This document shows positions 1 through 13,238 of a stretch of DNA of 54,459 bases, piece by piece. A model generated the notes under the pieces. That model had not been told where the DNA came from. It ran no database searches and saw nothing but the letters and a program-made list of their open reading frames with translations. Source of the DNA: Nemertoderma westbladi (lineage: Eukaryota; Animalia; Xenacoelomorpha); NCBI GenBank assembly GCA_032718475.1, contig JAUCBJ010004653.1, forward strand, positions 1 to 54,459. Reading direction: 5' to 3'. The first letter of the stretch is position 1, and each line of letters begins with the position of its first letter. The position numbers were made by a program, and so were the translations under genes.

Positions 1-540
1 GACACTCTACTCTTGAGATCTCGGATTTTTCGCTCACTGGGCAAGATAACCAGATCTGCTAAAAGCCATTCGGAAATTTGAAAATTCGTTGAAACATGGT
101 AACTGAAGGGAAAGAAATTCTAATTGTTTCATCGTCTTTTCATCTTTCTTCTCCTTTATTTCCGGATTTGGTTTTGATTCAGCCAAGATTGCGATAGCTT
201 CATCTACATATTGTTTGCGTGTCCGTAGATATTGGTTGGCAGTATGAACATATCAACAAACACAAGCAATTACCTCGAGTTGAGACCAGTACAAAAGTTG
301 GTTATTGGGAGATAGAAAGTACGATAACGACAGAATAAATCCCAAGTCAGTCATGGCCGAGACATAAATATCATTTAGGGTTTATTGACGGTTCATAATA
401 TTTATCCGACCCTTATAAACACCTGAGGAGAAGACATGAAATGTAATCTCGGAATTGAAATCACAACCGGGGATAAAAACTACTTCGAGTTCCAGGTTCG
501 CTCGATCGAATTTAAAATTATGTGTCTTTGAGAGGAAGGT
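1..540 (-). pseudogene. Degenerate DNA transposase fragment, possibly P-element/THAP9-like
   Basis: Broken minus-strand frames give YWSQLEV, KQLEFLSLQL and VILPSERKIRDL, resembling N-terminal motifs of P-like transposases; runs off the window. Confidence 0.4.
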
Positions 541-819
541 GATCCATCAGCGGTTCTCCAGTCTGCCACTAGATGGGGAAATGTCTGAAATTAAAAATCT
601 TCCACCGTCTCCTTGATTTTAATCCGTATAAATTAACCTGCAAATTGCTTGGCATAAAAGTTCAAGAACACAGGCTGTGTCCATCTGCGCTTCTAAAGTT
701 TGCGCTATAGGGCAAAATGTCTTGAAGTGGAAACGTTATCTCATTTCGTTATTTCTTTATAAGGGCCATTACCACATATAATTATTCAATATGAAATATT
801 GTATGCTAAAATAACTTAC

Positions 820-942
820 CTGTGCATGATTCACCGTCACCAGAATATCCATTATTGCATGCACATGTGAATGAACCAATAGTATTTGTGCAGCTGGCAT
901 CAATGTGGCAGTTATGAGTATTGATAATACATTCATCAATAT
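820..942 (-). CDS. Host gene exon, calcium-binding EGF domain (type B)
   Basis: ctgcag|AT ATT GAT GAA TGT...TGC ACA G|gtaagt; 123 bp, phase 1-1; [41 protein letters not shown] has 6 Cys and the cbEGF DxDEC / CxNxxGSFxC motifs. Confidence 0.93.
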
Positions 943-1929
943 CTGCAGCATAACATATATTGTAATTAAATAATTAAATATTAAAATGAAAATCCACCAC
1001 ATAGAAAGGGATGTCTATAGGTGAAGAAGACAAGCATGATGGAAAACGAAACAGGATGGTGGAATACCCATCAACCAGCGCATATGCAAATATATCCCAC
1101 TCTTTTTCATTTTTTCTAATGCAAATTTTATACTTGGAAATACATTATAAATTGATTCTAGCATGTTTTATTTCTGTTCTAGAAAATGTTCTAGAAAATA
1201 AGTCAGGATAAGGATACAGAGGTGATCTCATCTGAAACTGATACAAGTGAAGTTGTACTAATGAATTTGCGAAAGTGTGTCTTTCTTCACCTACAGGTTA
1301 ACTAGAAAAAGAAAGAAATTGTACCAACAAACCCAGGCAATGACAGATAATACCAGTCTAATTCAACCATTACATTACATGTTAACAATATTGTTTATTG
1401 TTTTGGATAGAAAAGGCTGCCTCTGTAACCTGCTCCTTTTCCTCAATTGGTAACAACATCGTTTATTGTTTTGGTTAGAAAAGCCGTCTCTGAAACCTTG
1501 GTTCCCGAAAATATTAGAGTGTTTTCCCATGGAGACTGACTAGTAACTGAATTGTGAAAAAAAAGACAAGAGTCTTTTCCCAGAGAGACCTGTTTTCGAG
1601 CAAAAAAATTATATCCACGGGTACGGATTTGTGACATTACCAGTGTCAGTCATGTTGGGTGAGGGTCAACTGATACCAAAGCTTTCTGAGTTCTTTCCAA
1701 GCTCGTAGTTACAACTGTTCACCGAAGACCACTCTTGTCGTTAGTAGACACTTGCGTGTCCGTCCACCCTTTCCAATCCCTTTCAAGATCGGTCATCAGG
1801 AATTAAAAGTACAATTAAAGTACAATCAAAGTACATTACCCGTGTTGTATTGAGCCCTTGTCTTGAGGTACGAGTTAGCAAACATTTCAAACATGACTAA
1901 GTTTCTGGTGGCTAGTTTGTCCTTGGATG

Positions 1930-2095
1930 GACATTTGATATGGCAACTAGCCCCTTGCAAATGACCACGAAAGCAGCAGGAATCACAGACTGCAGAAAGC
2001 GTCGGACATACCCAGATGTTGTGTCCTGATCACACACAATATATGAAATAGAGGATTCTACACACACAATATATGCAATAGAGGATTCTACGAAT
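1930..2095 (-). pseudogene. Retroelement gag zinc-knuckle remnant with a 30-bp tandem duplication
   Basis: Minus frame reads ...SGHNIWVCPTLSAVCDSCCFRGHLQGASC; 30-bp direct repeat at 2031-2090. Confidence 0.35.
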
Positions 2096-2988
2096 TGCAA
2101 TGCGTGGTTGTGAAATCCTACCTTTGGAGAAACGTGGGCATTGTTCGAGTCTGCAGCTGGTAAAATGTACTATGTATCCGGGAGTATGAAGTTTGTTTTG
2201 TTTTACTGGAAGTTTGTCACTGGCAATGAAGGCGAATTATTCTATCCTTCTTAAGGATAGGGATGGAAGTTCGGAGACTGGAATAAGCTCGGCTATTCCA
2301 TAGTTGTTCCTCACTACTGTGGGCCAGAGGTGGCCAAATTGGCCAAAAAAATGACATTGCAAGAATCGAATGAAACCTGTCCCATCTTTTAGCCAATATT
2401 TCAAAACATGAAAAAAAATTTTTTAATCACCGTTGTCCTCACTACACACTGCCAAATTTAATAAAAATGCCAGTAATTTAAAAAAAAAAATTTTTATTCT
2501 TAATTTCTGAAAAACAAGCAAAATTTCATTAGGATATGGTTCGAATTGAATGGTCTAAATTGATGGAATTAATGGTCTACTGAACAAGGCCTTTCCAAAT
2601 CTGGTGTTATTGAGAACTTGCAGTAACGTCTTGCATATGCAAATTTAAATATTGCATAAAAATTCTTGAAAAATAGTGGGTTTTCAAAATTCTGGAAGCT
2701 GAATTTTAAAAGTCTTGTGAGATCCCGCGAAAATCATTCTTAAATTGATATATACAACCATTCCACTTCATAAACATCAAAAATCCAGCTGCCCCCACCT
2801 GCCCCCCCCCCCCCCCCCCCCCTTCGAGTTACAAGGAATTTAAAAATACCTATTTTGAGGCTATTTTCCTTTCAATTGACAATACCGCAATTTAAGGAGT
2901 CCTCACCCTCAGCCAATGTAAATTATTATCAAACTGTTTCTCATTTCAATGCAATGTTTCTAAGGGGAATAAGGTAGGATACATCACT

Positions 2989-5160
2989 ATGGATCACTAC
3001 GACGGAAGGACTTATTTTGATTTACGAAGCACTGTTGCAGGTGTAGCAAAGTGTTTGGCTATCGAATACCTGGACCCAAATAGTCTAGTAGCTTTTGTTG
3101 CTGGTCGGCTAGTACCACTAGACAAGAAGCCGGGTGTTAGACCGATCAGAGTTGGGGAAGTCCTACGGCGTATTGTGGGGAAGGTCATAATGAGATGTGT
3201 AAGGCCTGATCTGGAGTAACTTGTTGGAAATGTTCAGTTATGTCTCGGCCAAATAGCTGGCATTGAGCATGCAGTACACTCACTGAGAGAGTTTTACTCT
3301 GAGACAGAATGCGAAGGCATTCTACTACTGGATGCTTCCAATGCTTTAAACAGACGCCAGACCCTATTGAACTCACCAGTTATCTGACCTGCATTATCGG
3401 TTGTTCTCACTAATACATATCGTGAACCAGTACCGATGTATGTTGACAATGATGTTGTGTGGTTAGAGGAGGGGTCGACACAAGGCGACCCAATAGCCCT
3501 GGTGATGTATACTATTGGTACACTACGGATGATAAAGAAATTAGCGGTTGATGAAGAAACCTCAACCAATCAAGAAATAAACCAAGAGGCTGTAGCGACC
3601 CAAAGCCCAGGGGGGCCCAACATCAACTCTGGTTCAGTTGATGTTAACCGGGTTTCAGCTCCAGTTCAGCCGCCAAGACACTACAGAAGTGGTATGCCAA
3701 TGATAACAACCTCACAGGGCATCTACCACACTTACGGGAGTTTTGGGATCGAATCTGTTGCATTGGTCCAGGGTATGGTTACTTCCCCAACGCTGTGAAG
3801 TCATATCTCATAGTTAAAGAGGAACACCGGGGTGAGGCTATATTATTATTCGGAGGAACAGGTGTACAAATAACTGACGGACACCGGGTCCTAGGTTCTG
3901 TCATTGGTAGCGATGCGGCCTGTGGGGAATATATCAGCAGGCATGTTTTGGATATAACTGAGCAGCTGAATCGGCTAATCGGTTTTGCAGTGAATGCTCC
4001 TCATCCAGCTTATAGCTGCATGAAATTTGGCTTGCAGCCAAAGTTGGAATATCTAGCGAGAACAACTCCAGGCTTTGTGGATGCCCTGGATACTTATGAG
4101 AAATTAGTTACCAGTAGACTACTTCCAACCATAACTGGGAGATCCCCTCCAGGCGAATTAGAGTAGGACCTTTTATCCCTCCCAGTCAGAGAGGGAGGCT
4201 TAGCGATATCACAGCCGACAAATCTAATTGGTAGTTATAAATGCTCAGTTGAGTTGTGTGCGCCCTTCCAATCAATGGAACCAGAACAGGACATACTCCC
4301 ACGGGATTCCCAGCTCGCGATAAAGAAGGAGCTCGATCAACGTGAAACATTGCACAATAACCTGGATAGAGAGAAACAATACTGCGGGAACCTGGCTAAA
4401 GAGAAAAGAGCCTCAGCATGGCTAAATGCTTTGCCTATCTCTAAACCAGGCATGTCCCTACACAAAACTGCATTCCATGACAGCCTTTGTTTGAAGTATG
4501 GCTGGATTCCAGAGAGGCTACCTGCGACTTGTGTTTGTGGTTCAGTATTTACCGTTTCACACTGTCTTCACTGCCCATACAGAGGGTTTCTACGTATTCA
4601 CCATAATGCCATAAGAGATTGCCTAGCAGAGTTGTTGTCAGAAGTCACACATAGCATCGAAACAGAACCCCACCTACAGCGAGTCGATGATGAGCAGTTT
4701 AGGCTGCATAGCACATCCAGGGAGTTAGATTCCTGGCTGGATATAGCAGTGAGTGGAGTTTGGGGTGGAACTTTCGAGCAGATTATGATCGACCCCTCTG
4801 TGTGTCCAACCCACAGTCGATAAGTTCAGCATACTCCACGCATGAAGGGGAGAAACGCAGGAGGTATAGAGAACGAGTCAACTCAATTGAACATGCCGGA
4901 TTTTGACCGTTTGTGATGGCCACAACCTGGGGGGATGAGTAGGTGCACACATGCTTTTGTGAACATGATTGCGCTGTTGTTATCCTTATCAGTTAAGCAG
5001 GAATCCCCATATTCTACATTGGTCAATCTAATGTGCTGGTTAAATCTGCCCTAATGTGCCTAAGAGGCTCCCACAGACATAAGACTGGCCAGCAAATGCG
5101 ATCGGTAGCAGAAACTGGGGTTATGTCTGCTGCTGCGGAGGCTGGGTGTACTTAGTTCTA
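2989..5160 (+). mobile_element. 5'-truncated decayed non-LTR retrotransposon, CRE-like (RT plus C-terminal CCHC and restriction-like endonuclease)
   Basis: PLDKKPGVRPIRVGEVLRRIVGK; LLLDASNA; EEGSTQGDP; WYAND (YADD-like); FILPVREGGL-like (LPVREGGL); CVCG..HCLHC..HNAIRD; LDIAVSGVWG; several stops and frameshifts. Confidence 0.85.
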
Positions 5161-5199
5161 GTACCCCAACCATAATACATTATATTTCAATCCCGGTTA

Positions 5200-5981
5200 G
5201 GGGCCGTTCACAAATCAGCTGACGCACCGAGGGGGGGGAGGGAGGGGTCAATGAGGGGTGTCATTAAAGTGTCATCAGGGGGGGAGAGGGGTATAGCCAA
5301 GGTGTCAGCTGATTTTTTATAAAATGTGCTTTTCATACCTTTCTTTCCTTTTTGGTTCTTTTTTCTCAGTATAAACTCTGGTGTCAAATAAAGCAAGATG
5401 AGTTTGTCAGTATGCACCCAACATATTTTAGTAGTGCCATCTGTTGGTACAGTACATAAGCAATATGTACCTTCTACCTAACATTACAAAATTGTCGAGA
5501 TGGACTGTAGTGAATAAAACTTAATTAATAACCTAATATTTGACTTAAATTTATTAAAGTTGTTACAATTAAATTGTAACAACTTTAATAAATTTAAGGC
5601 AATTGAGTTTTAAGTGTAGGTACAAAACGTTTTCTTGTATGTTTAACACTAGAAGACCCATGGTGTCAAAAATGACGAAATCCAAATGTAGCCTCCTGCT
5701 ATTTTGTTATTTATTTAATTTGTTAATTACATTTGTGTTTAATCAAGTTTTATCAATTATGAATTGCTCAGACTTTCAAAAGAATCAAGAAGTAATTAAT
5801 CCTGAGAAGTACTGCCTTACGACATTGTAATTCTTTTTATCGCATTATATTAAAGCTGACGCGTCAGCATAGGGGGGGGGGGGGGGGGAGGGGTCAAACC
5901 AAAGTGTCATCAAGGTGTCATACGAGGGGGGAGGGGTCAAAAATGGCCTGGAAAAGTGTCAGCTGATTTGTGAACGGCCCC
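5200..5981. mobile_element. PIF/Harbinger (Tourist-like) MITE, 782 bp
   Basis: TIRs GGGGCCGTTCACAAATCAGCTGAC / GTCAGCTGATTTGTGAACGGCCCC; TTA target duplication at 5197-5199 and 5982-5984; no coding capacity. Confidence 0.92.
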
Positions 5982-5989
5982 TTACAGCC

Positions 5990-8970
5990 AATAATTAGTG
6001 TGTAACTGCGATACCAGCTCATTCTGACCCGGACAGATCTCTGACTAGAGAATTGCCCGAGCCATTCCAGCTCGAATCAAGCGGGTAACCCCATTATGCT
6101 CTCAAAATTAAATCGATCACCCTCTGTCTCCAGAACAAATCTAACCCACTACTGGCCTCGAATTACAATCTGACCGACCGCAAGTGACTGCGACCTCCGA
6201 CTTAAACCGGACGGAAGTCGACTCAGCCACAGGTTTAAACCTGCCGTCTGGAATAGACCCACTTATGGCCCCTTCCCCAGGTTTATTAATCGGCCTGCTA
6301 AGGGCCATTAACAATTAGCGGGCCTCTGAGAAAGGGACTAAGGTCCAAATACTGTCCATGTCAGTCACAGAAATGTAACAATCTGTATTGCGATACTACA
6401 ACTATCCATCTTATGATAAGTTTTTTCCCTTGCATTCTGTCACCCCTGATGAACTGACAGCATTAAAGGTACCAGCCGATTCCACCGATCTCAGTAAGGT
6501 GGGAAGGACCCTAAGAGGATTTCAAATTGGCTTTTCTAAGCAAATAGCCAATTTTGAGACTACCTTTCGGGATCCAAATATTGATCATCCTCTGTCACTC
6601 TTTTACGACATAAAGGAGAGAATAATCCGCATCAGGATAATCCACTCCGACTTTCATCAGTCTGCCATCAGGACTGGAGCCGCAGTGATAGAAACTGCAG
6701 CTAATAATAAAATTCGCTCAGTCGGCATGCACCTACCTATCCTTCCAAGGCGAACCCCCTCATCCTGAGATTGGATTCCTGATTTGAAGACTGGATTACT
6801 GATCATCCGGATTCCGACCATCCATCCCTGATCAATACCCGAGATGTTGAAGGATATACACAGACTGAACCCGAGACTCAAACGGGATAAGAACATGCGA
6901 TCCATAAACACCTCGGAGGTTTTATAAAAGAAGTGGGAGAAGAAAAACTAATAAGAAGACTTCGTGGCCATCCTCCATCCAGCCCCACAACTAAAAGGAT
7001 CCGAAAGGATATCGATGACGAAATAGAGACAGAATATCAACAAAAATTGATGATGGACCGGGCGGGACCAGGAGAAAAATAAAAATAAATTGAAACAACT
7101 ACAGGATCAGGCAGAGGACGAATGCTTGCAGGAGGAACATGAACGTAAACTCAAGTTGGAAGCGGAGGAATATAAACTTAAATGTAAATGGGAAGATGGG
7201 GAACATGAACGTAAATGCAAGTTCGAAGAGGAGGAAAAGGAATATAAACGTGAACGGGAAGCAAAGGAATTCGAATTTCAAGCTCAGCAAAGGAGAAAGC
7301 AGGCAAAGAAGCAACAATAGGATATACTTAAGGAGATCGAATCGATAGAAAAACAACAGTCAGACTCCCAACTAAAGGAACACCGCCAAGATACCTTGAC
7401 CAAGGAGTTTAGTTGCTATACCTCCTCCGACGAGTTCGATAAATCATCAGACAAATCTCGAACCTCCAGAAGTGGAAGACGCTAGAACAGGCTGAGCATC
7501 ATCGTTTACCAGAACTGCCACCTCAACATCATGCTAATCCCGTTAAAAATACTAACGATCTTAGAACTGACTCTGACAGTGATTTTTTCAGACCAATAAA
7601 CACCCCTCTTGTGGAGCCTAATATTGTTCCCCATATATTAATAAACCCCTCTAAGCCGAATGTAACATCTGCAGCTATGGTGACCCAAACCAAAATTACA
7701 CCCATTGGTATTTCGACAAATACTGTAGAACGTAATCAGGCAGATAGTTTACAGCTTAAAACTTCTACAGTATATAGGGATAGAATAGTTACGCCTACAG
7801 TACGATATAAACAGGCGCGACCAATCCCAATACCAGCAGATAGATTGTCCAGCACTGCCTTCGCCCACCCATTGAACACTCACACCCTGGGCCCAACCAT
7901 TGGCAACCAAGCCTGCCCCCTATTATTGACTCCCGTGACGGACATTATGTCGCCTCCAGGCCGGTCGTGTCTGTCGGCTCGGTTGAGTCAGGTCATTGAG
8001 GGATAGCGGGCCTACCAGGGCGATAGATAAAGTCGCCCGGGCGAATAAGGATTCCCTTTATAGGGAGAGATTGAATGAATCCTCATTAAATCTGCAAGCC
8101 ATGCTGGAGGCAGTAAATAATAAAATCGATTAAATAAACAACGAGAGATAGTGAGTGAACAAAATCAGCAAGCATTGGAAAAGCAGCAACAGCAACGGCA
8201 ACAACTACAGCAGCACTTAAAGCAGTTGCACGATGAAGCTGCCAGCAATGAGCAAATCCAGCGTCGACGTTTGCAGGAGTTGCAGGGTGAGTCTGTGCAA
8301 GCCGCCAAGGTTCTGGAGGAGCTACACCAAAAGCTGGCTAATTCTCAGGACCTCGTGGCCTCGAACAACGCTGCTGTGATCAGGAACCCGGACTCTCCTG
8401 AGTATCAGATCTTAAAGAAAGCCTCTAATATAAACGGCGTTGAAGCTGAAAATATATCACGCCCTCCTATCTCACCCAATGTTAGAAACCCTGAGTACAA
8501 CACGGGTATACAAAATAATACACAAAATATTAACAATCTTTATAGACCCCTACAGACTAATGTAGTGATAACTGTGATAACTCTACATTTAATAATATGT
8601 TTAATAGTACTATAGCTCACCTGCCACTTAGCACGTACTGAAGCGCATCAGGCAGTTAAATTATTAAGTTTGATGGAAATGAGTTAAAATGGCTTCCATT
8701 TAGAGAATATGTGAAGGACAGTATATTTAGTTCACCATTACCCAATAGTGAGAAACTACGCTTCTTAATAGATTGTTTGGAAGATTATCCGAAAAAATTA
8801 GCACAAAGATATATCAGGCATCCCCATGGATTAGAAGAACTATGGAAACTGTTACATGATAGGTACGGAGATGAAGCTTCAATAGCCCAATATCTGTATC
8901 AGAAGTTGGTCAATCGTAAACGTGTCATCACTACAGTAATGATTGAATTTGTTGACGAGATTAAGGCCTT
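5990..8970 (+). mobile_element. BEL/Pao gag remnant (third family), truncated before pol
   Basis: Charged coiled-coil ORFs (7090-7320, 8151-8615), then KFDGNELKWLPFREYVKDSI..SEKLRFLIDCL..WKLLHDRYGD, the typical BEL gag (DUF1759-like) core; boundaries approximate. Confidence 0.7.
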
Positions 8971-9338
8971 TCCTGGGATTTGTCTTCCTCCTTGGTAGCC
9001 ACAGGAGGGTAGAAGACGGGCTTTTAATGAGAGCTTGGAAGTTTAGATGGTGAGTTTTATCAACACCAAGTTAGACAGGGTGAGCCAGGAGTTTTTTCCA
9101 GTTCAGGGATAGGAATGGGTTTGTATTCTCTCCCAATCCCCTTTCTTTGTCCTCATCTATTTGCAGGTCCCTTTCAAGGGGGGACACGCCTCATAATCCG
9201 CGGTTTAGCATCAACCATACTTTTCTTTTTGACCATAATTTTCTGCACCACCATATCCTCATCTTGTTGTTCTGACTCCCATTTTTACATTTTTGCATCA
9301 TTAATCAATGTGAAATACTGTATGCTAACAAAACTTAC

Positions 9339-9461
9339 CAATGCATAATTCACCATCACCAGAATAGCCGTTATTGCATTCACATGTGAATGAACCAAGA
9401 GTATTTGTGCAGCTTGCATCAATGTGGCAGTTATGTGTATTGGTATCGCATTCATTAATAT
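9339..9461 (-). CDS. Host gene exon, calcium-binding EGF domain (type A)
   Basis: AG/GTAAGT flanks, 123 bp; [41 protein letters not shown]. Confidence 0.93.
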
Positions 9462-10291
9462 CTGCAGCATAACATGGTATATTGTAACTAAATAATTAAA
9501 TATAAAGTCTATTGTGAATCGTGTATAATGTACAGTATATGTGTTTGTGTTTCAAATAACCCTTTTATGTGCCTGTGGTGCAATAACAAAGAAGGCTCGT
9601 ATAAGCTTTAGAGATTGTTATCCAATTGCTCCATTTTATTTGTAATGGTATTGGAACCATTACTCATTATCCCTACCACTACGATTGTGGTTACCATCAT
9701 ATCCATATATTCTAGCGGTAGAAGCCATTGCACCGTGCCCACCACAATAAAGCTCCTGTGACTGATGCTGCTCTCTCATATATTGAAATGAACCTAAACT
9801 TTACTGAAATCATCTTTAAAATCTTTCAACTGCTTTTCTAACTTACTTTCGACTTATTTCAGTTTTGTTTAAATAGGTTTCTAACATGTCCATTTTGGCA
9901 TTTTGAATGGACAGGAAACTCGAATCATCAACAGTAATGGTGGAGCCAATCCGTGCTTCATTGTCTGGAGAGGAAAGCCGCGGAAGAGCAAGAGCAAGAA
10001 CAAAAACGCAAGCAAGAACAAACACTGCATGCTATCTGCGGTATAATGCCATTTCTCTCTCTAAGTCCATTATTTACTCATACATATCCTTTATTAATAA
10101 TCTGTTTAGTATTATATTTTCCTCCATTATGAATCTCGTAACTCATGCATACAATTCAACTTGTGCTCTTACTGATGATGATAAATCGTGTAGCATAAAC
10201 AACGCCTGGCATGGGTTTCCTATGATATCATTGTGTCTATATCATTATCTGTCATATATCATTATATTATAGTGTCTATTATCGATATCAA

Positions 10292-10581
10292 CACGCCTCT
10301 GTAACCTGCTCCTTTACTAACCTGCTCCTTTAAATGGCAATGGCACCAAATGCTCTTTGGGGTCCTTGGGTGACTACAAAAGAAAGACCCAAATAATAAA
10401 GACCTGCATAATATTGGTACATGTGTTAACTTTCCTTTAATTTAAAGGAGCAGGTTAGTAAAAGAGCATGTTACAGAGGCGTTTTGGGGGAACCAAAACA
10501 ATAAACGAAAGTTAACTGTATTTGTCTATTTTATACAGGTCTTTATTATTCGGGTCTTTGGTCTTTGTTTTGTAGTCACCC
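10292..10581. repeat. Two interleaved inverted repeats (MITE-like)
   Basis: ACGCCTCTGTAACCTGCTCCTTTACTAACCTGCTCCTTTAAA (~10293-10334) pairs with ~10441-10483; GGGTGACTACAAAA..AAATAATAAAGACCTG (10368-) pairs with CAGGTCTTTATTATT..TTTTGTAGTCACCC (-10581). Confidence 0.75.
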
Positions 10582-11411
10582 CTAGCAAACGAATGTCACA
10601 GAGAAATCAGCTAATAAGTTGAATTTGCTTTTAAAAGTAAGCAATTCAAACGAAAACGCAGTGGAGGTGTACGTGGACGAGTGTAGTGGGGTTTGGGCGA
10701 GTTACGAAGTTAACAAAAGATTTTCCATTTTATTAAAATTCGTTGAAACTTTACTAAAACTAACAACCATGAATTGAATATCCTTGTGACATTTGTCCTG
10801 TTCGCTCATTCATTATTATTTTATCAGATTAATAATAATATTAACATAATATTAATTATGTTAATAAAATAATATTAACATAATGTCGCCTCCCTTGATG
10901 TTAATAAAGTTTGTTAAAGTATAAATAAAATAGAAGAAACAACAAAATAAAAGTTAAAAAATCTTATTATAAACAGTAGCAATACAGCCAGCAGAAATAT
11001 AATCACTGAAATGGACTCAAGATAAACAATGTGGTAGGTAAATAACCGTAAAAGTATGGTTGGTGGGATCTCTTCAGCGGCGGGATTCAGTTGTGCATAC
11101 AGAATCTCAGAGTAATACAGTCTTCAATAAAATAGTGTAATTTAGGGTGGCATAATTTTCTAAGGGCATTTTTTTCCTAGGAAAAATTTACAGGGGGGGG
11201 GGGGGGGGCATTTTTTCCTAGGAAAATATGCCCCTCAGAGCACATTTTCCGGGGGGCATATTTTCCACGTAAAACTGGCAACCAGTACAACAGTAGCCTA
11301 CCGCAGTAGCCTACAGCAGTAGCTACAATGTAAAGCTACTTATATACGGTGCTACGAATCATTATTCAATGTGAAATACTGTATGAGTGTATATATTCTA
11401 ACATAACTTAC

Positions 11412-11549
11412 CAATGCATGATTCAGGATTGGCCGTTATTGCATTCAGAGAATATCCGTTATTGCATTCACATGTGAATGAACCAAGAGTATTTGTGCAG
11501 CTGGCATCAATGTGGCAGTTATGAGTATTGGTATTACATTCATCAATAT
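11412..11549 (-). CDS. Host gene exon, cbEGF with 5-aa longer C5-C6 loop (type A')
   Basis: AG/GTAAGT flanks, 138 bp, open in frame; [46 protein letters not shown]. Confidence 0.88.
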
Positions 11550-12591
11550 CTGCAGCATAACATGTATTGTTACTAATAATTTTAATATAAAGTGTATTCT
11601 GTATACTGTATAGTATATAGCGTACTGCACGTGTGTTTGTCTTTCAAATAACCCTTTTAGGTACCTGTGATGCAATAAATTTATACATATAATGGGCAAG
11701 AAGGCTCTTAAACAGTAAGCTTTAGTTAGAGTTTGTTGCCAAATTGCTCCATTTATTTGGATTAATAAACGTTAAAACAATTATTGGTAAGCATTATAAT
11801 AAGACCAAAAGTTGAGATTTTTGAGTGACATTTAGAAACCACCAATTCAATAGTCTCCCACTCGAGGTCTACATGTTTAAACTTTAAATGTTACTACTAC
11901 ACCTTTTCAACATGTATTTCTGAAAACATCACATTGATTTCAGAAAGGTCTATTTGGGTTTCAGTTTTTTTTATTTTGATTTCATAATGTTACAATTTGA
12001 TTTCAATAAATCTATTTCGATTTCGGTAAATTCAAAGTAGATTTCAGTTCGGTTTTATGAAGTTTCATAAACGTCCCGTTTGAATTTCAGAAAATTATGT
12101 TCGATTTCAAATTTCCTTTCGAATTTCCGATTTTTCATTTGAATTTCAGAAAGAAGAGAATGGAATACCTACAAAACTGCAATAATGGCAATAACAAACA
12201 AATAATTTGCAATTCTATGATGATGAAAATTATCATAGAATGTATGCTATCAAGTATGCTGTCTCCCCTTGTGAATTCTCTCTACATTTCCTGGCTTGGT
12301 CTCCTGAGAATGCCTTCAGCTGCGGGGCGAAACCTACCGATCAGCTGCCTGCTGTCAGCTGATCACTGATTGCATGCAACGTCTAGGTCGTGTTGCTTTT
12401 TAGTTTTTTATATACTTTGGTACTAACACACCTACCGGTAAGGTTTTTTACTTCACGTGATTGATAAATAAATAAATATAATTCGTAATTATTGGTTACT
12501 CAAGCTTCTACTTCAATAATGAAAATTATAAGATTATATAATTCAATTATATTTTTTGAAATCAAAGTAATGTTTTCTGAAATACATGTTT

Positions 12592-13025
12592 TCACGTGCT
12601 TTCAAAGTTAACTGTCAAAATTTTGGTCTTTCTGGACTTAATAAAAAGACCAACACTAGAAGCAGCAGCCTGTTCTAATGAGCTGAGGAGCCGTTGGGCT
12701 CCCTCTAGTGATTCTGAGAGTACTCCTAAGTCATCAGCAAAGTCTAGATCAGTTAGGTACGTGGCAGGATTTCTTCGACTTCGGGAGCCAGTAGGAGGAG
12801 TTACCAACACCCCATCATCATTATGATGATCTGAGGACATCCTTAAATAGAACATAGACGACCACAATGAATAAGAATGGTGCAAGTGTGTCTCCCTGGA
12901 GGTACTCCCCAAATTCGAAAGGAGCTGTGTCACCATCAACAGTAGACACAAATGTTGTCGAACCATCGTATACTGATCTGATTGCACCATCTGCACTTGT
13001 AAAGTTTGCCACTAGAGAGCAAAAT
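12592..13025 (-). mobile_element. RTE-like LINE reverse transcriptase fragment
   Basis: LQGDTLAPFLFIVV and YLTDLDFADDLGVLS..AQRLL..VGLFI..KTK motifs; frameshifted. Confidence 0.8.
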
Positions 13026-13115
13026 ATCTTAAAGTGAAAACAGTATATATTTTCGTTATTAGTTTATAAGGGACATTAGCAGATATATAAAATACTGTAT
13101 GCTAACATAACTTAC

Positions 13116-13238
13116 CAGTGCATGATACACCATCACCAGAATAGCCGTTTTTGCATAAACATGTGAATGAACCATCAGTATTTGTGCAGCTGGCATCAAT
13201 GTGGCAGTTGTCAGGATTGGTAATACATTCATCAATAT
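13116..13238 (-). CDS. Host gene exon, calcium-binding EGF domain (type B)
   Basis: AG/GTAAGT flanks, 123 bp; [41 protein letters not shown]. Confidence 0.93.

Noticed and set aside
769-1002. ORF-track peptides of the MLQILMN..HSHV type (also 9285, 11445, 13059, 45391)
   Set aside because: Wrong-frame readings across the EGF exons and their splice sites.
2310-2985. Possible MITE with a poly-C run
   Set aside because: Composition looks MITE-like, but no matching second TIR or TSD was found.
11140-11285. G-run and palindromic TTTTCCTAGGAAAA block as a G-quadruplex or regulatory element
   Set aside because: Looks like one end of a non-autonomous DNA transposon; the copies at 42.8 and 52.6 kb come from the segmental duplications.
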